This document shows positions 18,073-25,542 of a stretch of 44,922 nucleotides of DNA, in pieces; the stretch's first letter is position 1, and every line of letters starts with the position of its first letter. The notes under the pieces are model-generated. The model saw only the letters and a program-made list of their open reading frames with translations. It was not told the DNA's origin and searched no databases. Source of the stretch: an uncultured Candidatus Micrarchaeota archaeon (GTDB lineage Archaea; Micrarchaeota; Micrarchaeia; Anstonellales; Anstonellaceae); the NCBI GenBank assembly GCA_903923795.1, contig CAIXYX010000092.1, positions 1 through 44,922 of the forward strand. The letters run 5' to 3'. A program made the position numbers and the translations under genes.

Positions 18073-18687
18073 ATGACAAGAAATCATCCTAAATGCGTGA
18101 TTATTATGAGCACTGATGACCACAAATTCCAGCAGCTGAAAACCCGCGTGCTGCATGCGGGCGGGTATTTCGTGCATTTCTATTTCGATATGCATTCGAA
18201 TTCCGAGGAGACGCTAAAGAGCAGCATGATTGGCTTCGTGGGCAAGCTCACCAATGAGGAGGGCGTGGCCATGGGCGTTGGCGAGATTGACGAGGCCGTG
18301 GAGAAGGACGGGATGTTTTCCTGCACCACCAAAGTCTCGCTCCTTGTGCATGATTTGCCGGCCCTGACCCGCCTCACCATGGGCTACGGGCCCGTCGGCG
18401 TGGAGGTAGAGGAGCCGCACGAGAGCATAGTCTCGATGGGCGAATTGCAGACCTCTTTGATGACAATTTCGGCCATGGCGCAGGATTTGACGCAGTTCAT
18501 CATCAAGAAACAGCTGCTTGACCCGGCAGAGAAGGCCAATTTCGAGAAGCAGATGGTTTACAAGGCGCTTATTGGGCAAAAGCTGATGGAGAAGGCGAAG
18601 AAAGACGGGGCGGAAGGAAACGCCGCAACGAGCACGGGAAAGAAGGAAGAGGGAAAAGACGGCAAGAAAGACGAGAAGAAGAAATAG
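18073..18687 (+). CDS. Hypothetical soluble protein with a K/E-rich C-terminal tail
   Basis: ~200-aa ORF with no TM segment and the tail KKDGAEGNAATSTGKKEEGKDGKKDEKKK. I recognise no family. The start could also be 18067 (GTG) or 18106. Confidence 0.6.
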   Translation: MTRNHPKCVIIMSTDDHKFQQLKTRVLHAGGYFVHFYFDMHSNSEETLKSSMIGFVGKLTNEEGVAMGVGEIDEAVEKDGMFSCTTKVSLLVHDLPALTRLTMGYGPVGVEVEEPHESIVSMGELQTSLMTISAMAQDLTQFIIKKQLLDPAEKANFEKQMVYKALIGQKLMEKAKKDGAEGNAATSTGKKEEGKDGKKDEKKK

Positions 18688-18706
18688 GCAGCCTTATCCA
18701 TAACCC

Positions 18707-18713
18707 ATAAAAG
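18707..18713 (+). promoter_or_regulatory. TATA-like box (ATAAAAG) 23-29 nt upstream of the ATG at 18736
   Basis: Recurrent spacing. Confidence 0.4.
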
Positions 18714-18735
18714 CCCCATACCCCTGATTCTTACC

Positions 18736-19890
18736 ATGAATCTGTTATTCCCGAAAGTCCCGTCAGGAGTTCCGGGCCTTGACAAGATGATAGGCGGCGG
18801 ATACACCAAGAACAGCATCATCACCGTGTCGGGCAGCACGGGCTCGGGCAGAACCACATTCGCCACCCAGTTTCTGGTGAATGGCTTTAGGCAAAACGGC
18901 GAGCCGGGCATATATCTCTCTTTCAATGAGCCCAAATATTCCATTTTCGCGAACATGAGCGCATTCGACTGGAACCTGCCCGAATTAGAGAGAAACAAGC
19001 AAGTTGTGTTCATTGAATATCCGGCGAGCGAATTGACGAGTTTCATGGAGCAGGAGAGCTCGCTACTCGAGCTGGTGGACACGCTCGGTGTTGAGAGAGT
19101 GGTGTTTGACTCTATCACTCCTCTTGCCATGCTCTCTGACGGAGATGAACGCGTGCGCGACATGCAGAAGCTCATCAACGTCATTAGAAAATGGGGCGTG
19201 ACAACGCTCATCACGGCGTCAGATGTCACGCCGCCAGACCCGGACTTGCCGCGCACATCTGTCGGAATAGAGGGCATGACAGATGGTTTCATACATTTGG
19301 GCTGGATGCGCGAGGGAAATCGGCGGCTGCGCACGCTCGAAGTGGTGAAGATGCGCGGCTCGGCCCATGCTCACCTGATTCATCTCACAACAATAGATGA
19401 CAAGGGTTACCGGCTGGTGGATGCCGAAGTGGCCGAGAGCGATGCGAAGCCGAAAACCAAAGTTGGGACGGGCGGCGCGCGCACAGGCACCATATTCAAC
19501 ACAGCTGAGAGCGAGGCACCCAACCCCGCGAAGACCGCCGGAGCCATGAGGCCTTATCAGCAGTCGGCTTTTTCAGCCGGACCAAAGACTGCGCCGACCG
19601 GCGATGGCGGGCCGGCATTTTCTGTCACGAAAAGGGCTTATGTTGATTCGAAGACTGGGCAGGTTCCATCTGTTCCCCGTCCGCCGAATTCTTCGGCGTC
19701 TATAGCCAAACAGGGCATTGCCGGCGGCCCCGCTTCCCCCCACCCGAACCCGATACACCCGCTCTTCTCGGCTTCGAATACGCCAAAAACTCCCTTGATG
19801 CCGCCAACACCGCCAAAACTTTTGCCAAAAAAACAGGCACCGGCCGACAACGCCAAACGGCCTTCTGTGAAAAAAGAGGATAAATACTGA
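18736..19890 (+). CDS. KaiC/RecA-superfamily ATPase-like protein with an atypical Walker A and a Pro-rich disordered tail
   Basis: VPSGVPGLDKMIGGGYTKNSIITVSGSTGSGRTTFATQFL is the KaiC/RadB-like N-terminus. Walker A reads GSTGSGRT, with an AGA Arg codon where Lys is expected. Walker B-like VERVVFDS and LEVVKMRGS are present. The last ~140 aa are P/A/S/K-rich. Confidence 0.8.
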   Translation: MNLLFPKVPSGVPGLDKMIGGGYTKNSIITVSGSTGSGRTTFATQFLVNGFRQNGEPGIYLSFNEPKYSIFANMSAFDWNLPELERNKQVVFIEYPASELTSFMEQESSLLELVDTLGVERVVFDSITPLAMLSDGDERVRDMQKLINVIRKWGVTTLITASDVTPPDPDLPRTSVGIEGMTDGFIHLGWMREGNRRLRTLEVVKMRGSAHAHLIHLTTIDDKGYRLVDAEVAESDAKPKTKVGTGGARTGTIFNTAESEAPNPAKTAGAMRPYQQSAFSAGPKTAPTGDGGPAFSVTKRAYVDSKTGQVPSVPRPPNSSASIAKQGIAGGPASPHPNPIHPLFSASNTPKTPLMPPTPPKLLPKKQAPADNAKRPSVKKEDKY

Positions 19891-19907
19891 ACATATTGGT
19901 GGATTAT

Positions 19908-21023
19908 ATGACTGATGAGCATTCGCACAGCCATTCGAAGGAGATAGACCCGTGGTCAAGCGAGCTTCCGGCAGACCAGAGCAAGCTGTTCCACGAGTTC
20001 GGGCTCGAGGAGATTTCGGATGCGATGCGAAAAAGATTCGCATCGAGCCATTTGTTCAAAAAGCGCATCATATTGGCCCACCGCGATTTGACGCAGTGGA
20101 TAAAAGCTGCCGACGATGGCAAGCAGGTCGCCGTGATGAGCGGCATAAAGCCTTCCGGTGAATTCCATCTTGGCAGCAAGCAGACAGCAGAGGAGATAGT
20201 CTTTTTCCAACAGGCATTCAAGGCAAAAGTGTTCTATTGCATCGCAGATTTGGAGGCGCATGTTGACAACGGCTTGTCGCTTGATGAGTGCAAGGCAAAT
20301 GCCATAGGAAATGTGGCAGACCTCTTGGCGCTCGGAATTGACGCAGACAACACATATTTCTACCGCCAGTCTCTCGAGCCGCGCGTCACAACAATGGCTT
20401 ACAAATTGTCGAGGAGGGTGACTCCTGCGATGCTCACCGCGATTTACGGGGACAAACCTCTTAGTTTGTACATGGCAGTGCTAACACAAATGGGGGACAT
20501 TCTTTTGCCGCAGCACAAGGATTTCGGAGGCCCGAAGCATGTTTTGGTGCCGGTTGGCCTTGATCAGGACCCGCATATACGCTTGTGCCGCGACTTGGCT
20601 TTCAAGGAGAAACTGATTTTACCGTCATCCACTTACCACAAGTTCATCAAGAATCTCAAAGGAGAGGCCAAGATGTCGAAACGCGACCCTGACGCCATGA
20701 TTTGGCTGTCGGAGGATTTGAATTCGGTGAAAAAGAAATTCATGCGCTCGCTCACAGGGGGGCGGAACACGGCGGAAGAGCAGCGCAGGGATGGCGGCGA
20801 TATTGCCAATTGCGTGGCATATGACTTGTTCTCGACACACTTCGAGCATGACGAGAAGAAGCTTGTGCAGAGGTATTCGGATTGCACAAGCGGCAAGATA
20901 CTTTGCGGCGAATGCAAGACACAGATGGCCGAGACGATGCTTGCGTGGATGAAGAAGCATCAGGAGACGAGGGCCAAGATGATGAAGAAGGCCGAGAAGA
21001 TAATTGAGATGCAGGAGGAATAA
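19908..21023 (+). CDS. trpS: Tryptophanyl-tRNA synthetase (archaeal/eukaryotic type)
   Basis: IDPWSS...KLFHEFGL N-terminus, PSGEFHLGS (HIGH-type), KMSKRDP (KMSKS) and ILCGECK near the C-terminus. Alternative TTG/GTG starts lie at 19896 and 19899. Confidence 0.9.
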   Translation: MTDEHSHSHSKEIDPWSSELPADQSKLFHEFGLEEISDAMRKRFASSHLFKKRIILAHRDLTQWIKAADDGKQVAVMSGIKPSGEFHLGSKQTAEEIVFFQQAFKAKVFYCIADLEAHVDNGLSLDECKANAIGNVADLLALGIDADNTYFYRQSLEPRVTTMAYKLSRRVTPAMLTAIYGDKPLSLYMAVLTQMGDILLPQHKDFGGPKHVLVPVGLDQDPHIRLCRDLAFKEKLILPSSTYHKFIKNLKGEAKMSKRDPDAMIWLSEDLNSVKKKFMRSLTGGRNTAEEQRRDGGDIANCVAYDLFSTHFEHDEKKLVQRYSDCTSGKILCGECKTQMAETMLAWMKKHQETRAKMMKKAEKIIEMQEE

Positions 21024-21054
21024 GATAGTAAAAATCCGTGGTTGGAGGGATTGT

Positions 21055-22005
21055 ATGGGAAAATACTTCAATATCATCGAGGCGATGTTCAAGACTGCGG
21101 GTTTGGCGAAAGATACCGGACTGTTGACTTTGGCCGCGGCCAGTATCATCCTGCCAGTAGCGATTTTTCTCGCGCTAACGTTCCTTCTCAAAGGAATAGG
21201 GTTCATTCTTGCCATTCCGATAGTAGTAGTTGTCGCGTGGTATTTCTCGCTGAAGAAACATAACAGAGTGATGGAGCTGCAGGGAATAGAGAAAGGGCAG
21301 CTCATCAAATTCACAGATTGGGCGTGGCTGAATTTCAGGCGCATATTCGTGGATCTGTTCTGCTGGTATGACAAGAAACTGCTCATCCCAGTAATTGTGG
21401 CGATCATTTTGGTCGCGATTGGCGTCGTGCTGTTCGGCTCATCAATGCCAGCCGCGAGCCACACGAACGAGGTTAACGATTATATGTATGCCAATGGCGC
21501 GAGCGCGCGAGCACACGTCAATTCTTGGAGCGCATTGCAGGCGCTGGGAGGCTTGGGGATGGTCATCATAGGATTATACTTAGTCGTCATAGTCTGGATG
21601 ATCGTATTCTACATCCACAGCACCAGGACAAAATTCGGCTCTTGGTTGGCGCTCGCTGGAGTATGCGCGGCAGGAGAAGCCCTCAAACAATCGAATGCTC
21701 AGATCAAGGGACAGACATTGGAGGCTGCCCTGCCATCATATATCAATCTCCAATTAGTCTATCTCGCCGCATACATAGTACTGATTCCGATAGAAGTGGT
21801 CTTCGTAGTCCTCATGCTTCTTGGAGGAAGTACGTCGATTTTAGGCACGGCAATTATGTTGATTGCCACATTGGTGATTGCCCTGATACTCATGGCTGAG
21901 ACTATGATAATCGAGGCAGGCATCTACAAGTTCTGGATTGTGCCCGAAGAAAAGATTATGGGAAAAGTTGACCTGAAAAAGCTCGCACCTCGACCAGTGG
22001 CGTGA
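21055..22005 (+). CDS. Polytopic membrane protein, unknown function
   Basis: The ATG at 21055 is preceded by GGAGG (21044-21048). At least six hydrophobic helices are visible. I recognise no family motif. Confidence 0.7.
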   Translation: MGKYFNIIEAMFKTAGLAKDTGLLTLAAASIILPVAIFLALTFLLKGIGFILAIPIVVVVAWYFSLKKHNRVMELQGIEKGQLIKFTDWAWLNFRRIFVDLFCWYDKKLLIPVIVAIILVAIGVVLFGSSMPAASHTNEVNDYMYANGASARAHVNSWSALQALGGLGMVIIGLYLVVIVWMIVFYIHSTRTKFGSWLALAGVCAAGEALKQSNAQIKGQTLEAALPSYINLQLVYLAAYIVLIPIEVVFVVLMLLGGSTSILGTAIMLIATLVIALILMAETMIIEAGIYKFWIVPEEKIMGKVDLKKLAPRPVA

Positions 22006-22025
22006 TGGAAAGAATGTAAAAGAAA

Positions 22026-22060
22026 TTTCTTTTGCTTTTTTATTTTCTATTTTTTTGTTT
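22026..22060 (+). terminator. T-rich terminator region between convergent genes
   Basis: TTTCTTTTGCTTTTTTATTTTCTATTTTTTTGTTT follows the stop at 22003-22005. Confidence 0.4.
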
Positions 22061-22126
22061 ATTATATAGATTTCTTTTCAGCTCAAACCAGACTTCTTCG
22101 CTCAAACCTTGGCTTCTTCTCTCGAC

Positions 22127-23140
22127 TTAAACCGGGCTCCGTCTCTCAACCAATGCGCATAGCACCGCCTGCTCGGTCATCTCCTTGCGTTCGAGCAAGC
22201 CTCTTGAGAGGAATGAGATGGCCCCTTTCCCGCGGCCAACATTTTTCTCGCCGGACAATTTATCGATGACAGAGCCCAAAGAGCAGGTGACGCGAAAACG
22301 CGAAAATTTATTTTTCGTTTTGTTTGTTTTTATCATCTTCCCGGCGATGTTTTTCGGCAGCGGGAAGCCCATGGAGCAGCCAAAAGTGTCTGCGCTGCCG
22401 TCGCTTATGCAGGCGAATTGCAAATCGAAATAACGCCCGCCGAACGGCAAAAGGCCGCTCTCGAGGCCGATGGAATAATCGCACGCTGGCCAGACATTGC
22501 AGGCAGCCTTTGCGCGATTGTGCGCCCCGAGCTCTATTGTGGAATGGCCTAATGGTTGTTCGCCCACGCCGCTTTTCACCCTAAAGCCCCGCAATTCGAG
22601 GCGCATGTTCGGGAATGCGCGGCGCATGGCATGGCGCACGCCCTCGAGTTTGGATGGATTTTCAGAGCCTACGGCAACGCGCAGGGGTTGGAGGCGGTGG
22701 CCATGCACATCGATTTTGCCGCCCGAGATGCGGGAGGCGGAGAATGGCAAACCATCTTGCGCCATTTGAAGAGGCACGACGATGATTTTGAGAGGGTGGA
22801 GATGGCGAGCGTGGCGGATTTTGTTTATCTCCCCGGCCACCTCGTTTGTCTCGCTGCTGACTACGATTGCGTCGAGGCTTCGCTCGTTTGTGGCCGAACC
22901 GAAGCGGTTTGAGAGGGGGAAGATGAGGGTGCGCTCGGACATGCCGAGATGCTCGAGCTCGCGGCGCAAGGCTGCGCGACGCTTGGCGGCAGGTGCGATG
23001 GCACAATGATGATGCGCGCGGGCCCACTGGTCGGTGGTGAGGCCGATGTAAACTTGGGCGTAGGGTTTGGCCGCTTGCAAAAGCGCGATGTGCCCGGCAT
23101 GCATGATGTTGAATGTGCCGCCGAGTATGCAGGATGACAT
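22127..23140 (-). CDS. Fusion protein: phosphopantetheine adenylyltransferase-like cytidylyltransferase domain plus YjjX/DUF84 ITPase/XTPase domain
   Basis: The N-terminal domain shows MSSCILGGTFNIMHAGHIALL (the GGTF..H.GH nucleotidyltransferase motif, archaeal PPAT-like). The C-terminal domain shows VAVGSENPSKLEGV..., KSGVGEQPLG, GAHNRA, IGLESG and GAISFLSRGLLER, which matches YjjX-family non-canonical NTPases. The track ORF (to 23386) extends upstream over the divergent pilin-like gene, so the ATG at 23140 is the plausible start. Confidence 0.8.
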   Translation of the reverse strand: MSSCILGGTFNIMHAGHIALLQAAKPYAQVYIGLTTDQWARAHHHCAIAPAAKRRAALRRELEHLGMSERTLIFPLSNRFGSATNERSLDAIVVSSETNEVAGEINKIRHARHLHPLKIIVVPLQMAQDGLPFSASRISGGKIDVHGHRLQPLRVAVGSENPSKLEGVRHAMRRAFPNMRLELRGFRVKSGVGEQPLGHSTIELGAHNRAKAACNVWPACDYSIGLESGLLPFGGRYFDLQFACISDGSADTFGCSMGFPLPKNIAGKMIKTNKTKNKFSRFRVTCSLGSVIDKLSGEKNVGRGKGAISFLSRGLLERKEMTEQAVLCALVERRSPV

Positions 23141-23201
23141 GATGCCGATTACGACCGAATGGTTAAAAAAGCAACGACGGATTGGATGAAGCGTGAGAAA
23201 A

Positions 23202-23678
23202 ATGGATATGAAAAAAAATGGCGGAAAAATCCATGCCCGCGGCCAGGCCAACCTCGAGACCATGGCCATCTTCGCGGCAGTCATCATCATGGTGCTTGTC
23301 ATAGCCATCGCCCTCCCGGCGCAGGCGTCATCGGGCGAGATGGTGAGGCAGCAATCAGCCGCGAAGACAAGCGTGACATTGCTCACGACAACGGCGGACG
23401 AGGTCTATCTGGCCGGAGAGGGCTCCTCGCGCAGGATTTGGGTGGATATGCCGGCCAGTTTCTCATACGCCGATTCATTCATCGGCAGCCATACGGGCTC
23501 GGAGAGCTGGAGCCAGCGCAAGGCCGTCAGCATCTACCTCGAGGGGGTGGGGGATGTCATCTCCTCCGGCCATGCGCCCCTTTGCGGGAATTGGCCGGCT
23601 ACTTCCGGCAGATGGCAGATAAACGTGGTTTACAATGATTCGGACCCGCCGCACGTCATGGTGAACGGGAATTGCTGA
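23202..23678 (+). CDS. Archaeal type IV pilin-like protein (class III signal peptide)
   Basis: The N-terminus MDMKKNGGKIHARGQANLETMAIFAAVIIMVLVIAIAL fits the [KR]-G-Q-x-x-x-E prepilin peptidase (PibD/EppA-type) site followed by a hydrophobic helix. The rest is a ~115-aa globular domain that ends in Cys. Confidence 0.65.
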   Translation: MDMKKNGGKIHARGQANLETMAIFAAVIIMVLVIAIALPAQASSGEMVRQQSAAKTSVTLLTTTADEVYLAGEGSSRRIWVDMPASFSYADSFIGSHTGSESWSQRKAVSIYLEGVGDVISSGHAPLCGNWPATSGRWQINVVYNDSDPPHVMVNGNC

Positions 23679-23805
23679 AATGCGGAAATCTGGTTTTAGG
23701 CGAGATTCGATGGCCCGCACCCCCTAATGATAAAAAGGCCCGCCGGCACATCTAATTGGCCGATGACGATATGAACAACCGCGGATTACGAAATGACGAA
23801 AGCTA

Positions 23806-23825
23806 ACAGCGTCCGAGGCCTTTGA
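23806..23825. repeat. Left copy of a perfect 20-bp direct repeat ACAGCGTCCGAGGCCTTTGA
   Basis: Identical to 23933-23952. The two copies bracket 107 bp that contain element copy 1. Confidence 0.9.
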
Positions 23826-23860
23826 ATTAACATTATGAAGTTGCATATGTGAAAGCAATA

Positions 23861-23932
23861 GGGGGGAATCAGGAAGAACCTGAAACTGAAGGGGGGACGA
23901 AGATAATTCATGTGCTCCCCCCTGCGGTTCGG
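23861..23932. repeat. Conserved ~72-nt G6/G6/C6 intergenic element, copy 1 (candidate structured RNA or cis-regulatory element)
   Basis: GGGGGGAATCAGGAAGAACCTGAAACTGAAGGGGGGACGAAGATAATTCATGTGCTCCCCCCTGCGGTTCGG aligns without gaps over 70 positions to 34466-34535 with 14 mismatches. The mismatches cluster in two short blocks. Confidence 0.6.
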
Positions 23933-23952
23933 ACAGCGTCCGAGGCCTTTGA
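23933..23952. repeat. Right copy of the perfect 20-bp direct repeat
   Basis: Identical to 23806-23825. Together with the end of the element it forms the hairpin TCGGAC-AGC-GTCCGA (23928-23942). Confidence 0.9.
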
Positions 23953-24004
23953 TGATTATAATTGAGAATTGCAGATTGAATGACGCGATTGTTTGTTGAT
24001 TGGG

Positions 24005-24394
24005 ATGGAACTGGTTGGTGTTGTGTGCAGCGGATTGGCCGAAGCGGCCCTCTTCATACGCCAGCCCCGCTATAATCAGATGCTCTGGCTTAGGCTTGGA
24101 AGGCCGGTTTATCCGGGCACTTTGAACGTTTTGCTTGATGGCGAGAACCTCGAACAATGGAGAAAAATAAAAGAAAAGCCTCATTCGCGCATCCGGGGAT
24201 TCGAGGCGAACGGGGAGTCGTTCGGCGGAATCAGCTTATGGCAAGCGAAAGTCGGCGAGCTTGATGCGTTGATTATTTGGCCCGAGAAGAGCAGGCATTC
24301 TGATGAAGTGGTGGAAGTGGTGGCAGGGCACCCGCTCAAGACGAGATTGGGGTTGAAAGACGGGGACGAGATAAGGATAACTGTTTTGGAATAA
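24005..24394 (+). CDS. ribK: CTP-dependent riboflavin kinase (archaeal, MJ0056/DUF120 type)
   Basis: MELVGVVCSGLAEAALF...LGRPVYPGTLNVLL...EVVEVVAGHPLKTRLGLKDGDEIRI parallels MJ0056 (GEVVSGLGEGRYF...PYEGTLNLKL...LKDGDVIKI). The track start is a TTG at 23993. Confidence 0.85.
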   Translation: MELVGVVCSGLAEAALFIRQPRYNQMLWLRLGRPVYPGTLNVLLDGENLEQWRKIKEKPHSRIRGFEANGESFGGISLWQAKVGELDALIIWPEKSRHSDEVVEVVAGHPLKTRLGLKDGDEIRITVLE

Positions 24395-24419
24395 GGATAG
24401 ATGACGGAATTGCTTTTGC

Positions 24420-25484
24420 TCACCAATCACTCAAGCTCGTCTGCCCGCCCACCTCTTTCTGCTTCTTCGAGAAAGCATCCAGCGTGCGCGACACACGCTC
24501 TTGTGAAAAGTCGAATTCGGTGCATAGAAGGGCGGAGACTTTTGCTTCATCTATTGGGCGGAAAGTGAATTTGACTTCCTCTTGCGGCAGAATCGGCGGA
24601 TGAAGGAAAAACTGCTCAATCTCCATCCAAGCTTCGAGGCCCTGAATCGAGCCGTCTTCGTTTGTTTTGGTGCGGGCGGCATCTGGCAGGCGGGCGATGA
24701 CTGTTTGAAATGAATCCGCCCCCCTGACCAATTTGATGGCTTTTGCCGGCCCGATGCCGAATACGCCGTCGTTGAAGTCTGTGCCGACAAGCATGCCGAG
24801 CCAGATTAATTGTGAGCGGGTGAGCTGACTCTCTTTTAGCACGGCATCAAGCTCGAGCAGTTCGGGCTCCACTTGTATATATTCGTTTTTTCGGGGAACT
24901 TTTCGCCTGCCGGTTGTGGAAAGATTTCGCACGAGGCGCGGGCAGCCGAAAAGAAGTGAATCGAAGTCTTGAGAGGCGGAAGCCCAAGCCGAGCCATGGA
25001 GCACCAATTCGGCGGCCTGAGCTTCGCCTTCTGATGGGGCTTGCAAGTGGGGAATGCCCAATGCATCGAGGAGTTGTTTCGCCTGCCCCGCCATTTCGGG
25101 AGTCATTTTACTCGTCTGCTGCGCGAAACGTTTCGCATCATCAAGGCGCCCCTCTTCGATGGCAGTCTGCCTGTTTTCTTCCGCAGCTGCTTTCCTCTCC
25201 CTTCGCATCTGCAATGTTTTTGCCTTGAGGGAGGGAGGCTTTCCGTCGAAGACAAACACCGGCTTGACGCCGGCCTCGAGCCATTTTATGGAGCGATAGA
25301 AAAGTCCGGTGAGATGGCCCGTCATTCTTCCTTTTGAATCCATGAGCGGCGTGCCATCGGCCTGCCGTATTGAGGAGAGGAACTGGTAAAGAGTGTTGTA
25401 GGCATCCACAGCGATGACTCTCTGCGAGAGCTCGGACCATTGAAGAGTGCGGGCCTGCGATAACTCACCAAGTTTCACGCCCAT
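24420..25484 (-). CDS. fen: Flap endonuclease 1
   Basis: MGVKLGEL...IAVDAYNTLYQFLSSIRQADGTPLMDSKGRMTGHLTGLFYR...KPVFVFDGKPP, plus the I-domain DFDSLLFG and the H3TH region. Confidence 0.95.
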   Translation of the reverse strand: MGVKLGELSQARTLQWSELSQRVIAVDAYNTLYQFLSSIRQADGTPLMDSKGRMTGHLTGLFYRSIKWLEAGVKPVFVFDGKPPSLKAKTLQMRRERKAAAEENRQTAIEEGRLDDAKRFAQQTSKMTPEMAGQAKQLLDALGIPHLQAPSEGEAQAAELVLHGSAWASASQDFDSLLFGCPRLVRNLSTTGRRKVPRKNEYIQVEPELLELDAVLKESQLTRSQLIWLGMLVGTDFNDGVFGIGPAKAIKLVRGADSFQTVIARLPDAARTKTNEDGSIQGLEAWMEIEQFFLHPPILPQEEVKFTFRPIDEAKVSALLCTEFDFSQERVSRTLDAFSKKQKEVGGQTSLSDW

Positions 25485-25542
25485 GGAGATTACCCTAATC
25501 CCGCGTATCTGCGGCCAATTATTTCTTCTTTTCCTGTCTCTC

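Noticed and set aside
23141-23386. N-terminal 82-aa extension of the 419-aa minus-strand ORF (22127-23386)
   Set aside because: The extension overlaps the divergent pilin-like gene and is Cys/Met-rich nonsense. The recognisable PPAT motif begins right after the internal ATG at 23140.
23861-23932. tRNA, FMN riboswitch or small-peptide interpretation of the repeated element
   Set aside because: - tRNA: GCGGTTCGG resembles a T-arm only superficially, and no acceptor, D or anticodon arms can be drawn.
- FMN riboswitch: the sequence does not match the RFN core as I recall it, and copy 2 precedes rps8e, not a flavin gene.
- Small peptide: the shared minus-strand peptide (FSF..FLIPPY) follows from nucleotide identity. 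Both host ORFs run antisense into real genes and share no common start.
23806-23952. Minimal CRISPR array
   Set aside because: There are only two 20-bp repeats, separated by a 107-bp spacer. There are no further repeats and no cas genes nearby, and the geometry is wrong for CRISPR.
23948-24004. Box C/D sRNA downstream of the right 20-bp repeat (TGATGA at 23949-23954)
   Set aside because: There is no CUGA D box at an appropriate distance and no C'/D' pair. Only the C-box-like hexamer is present.
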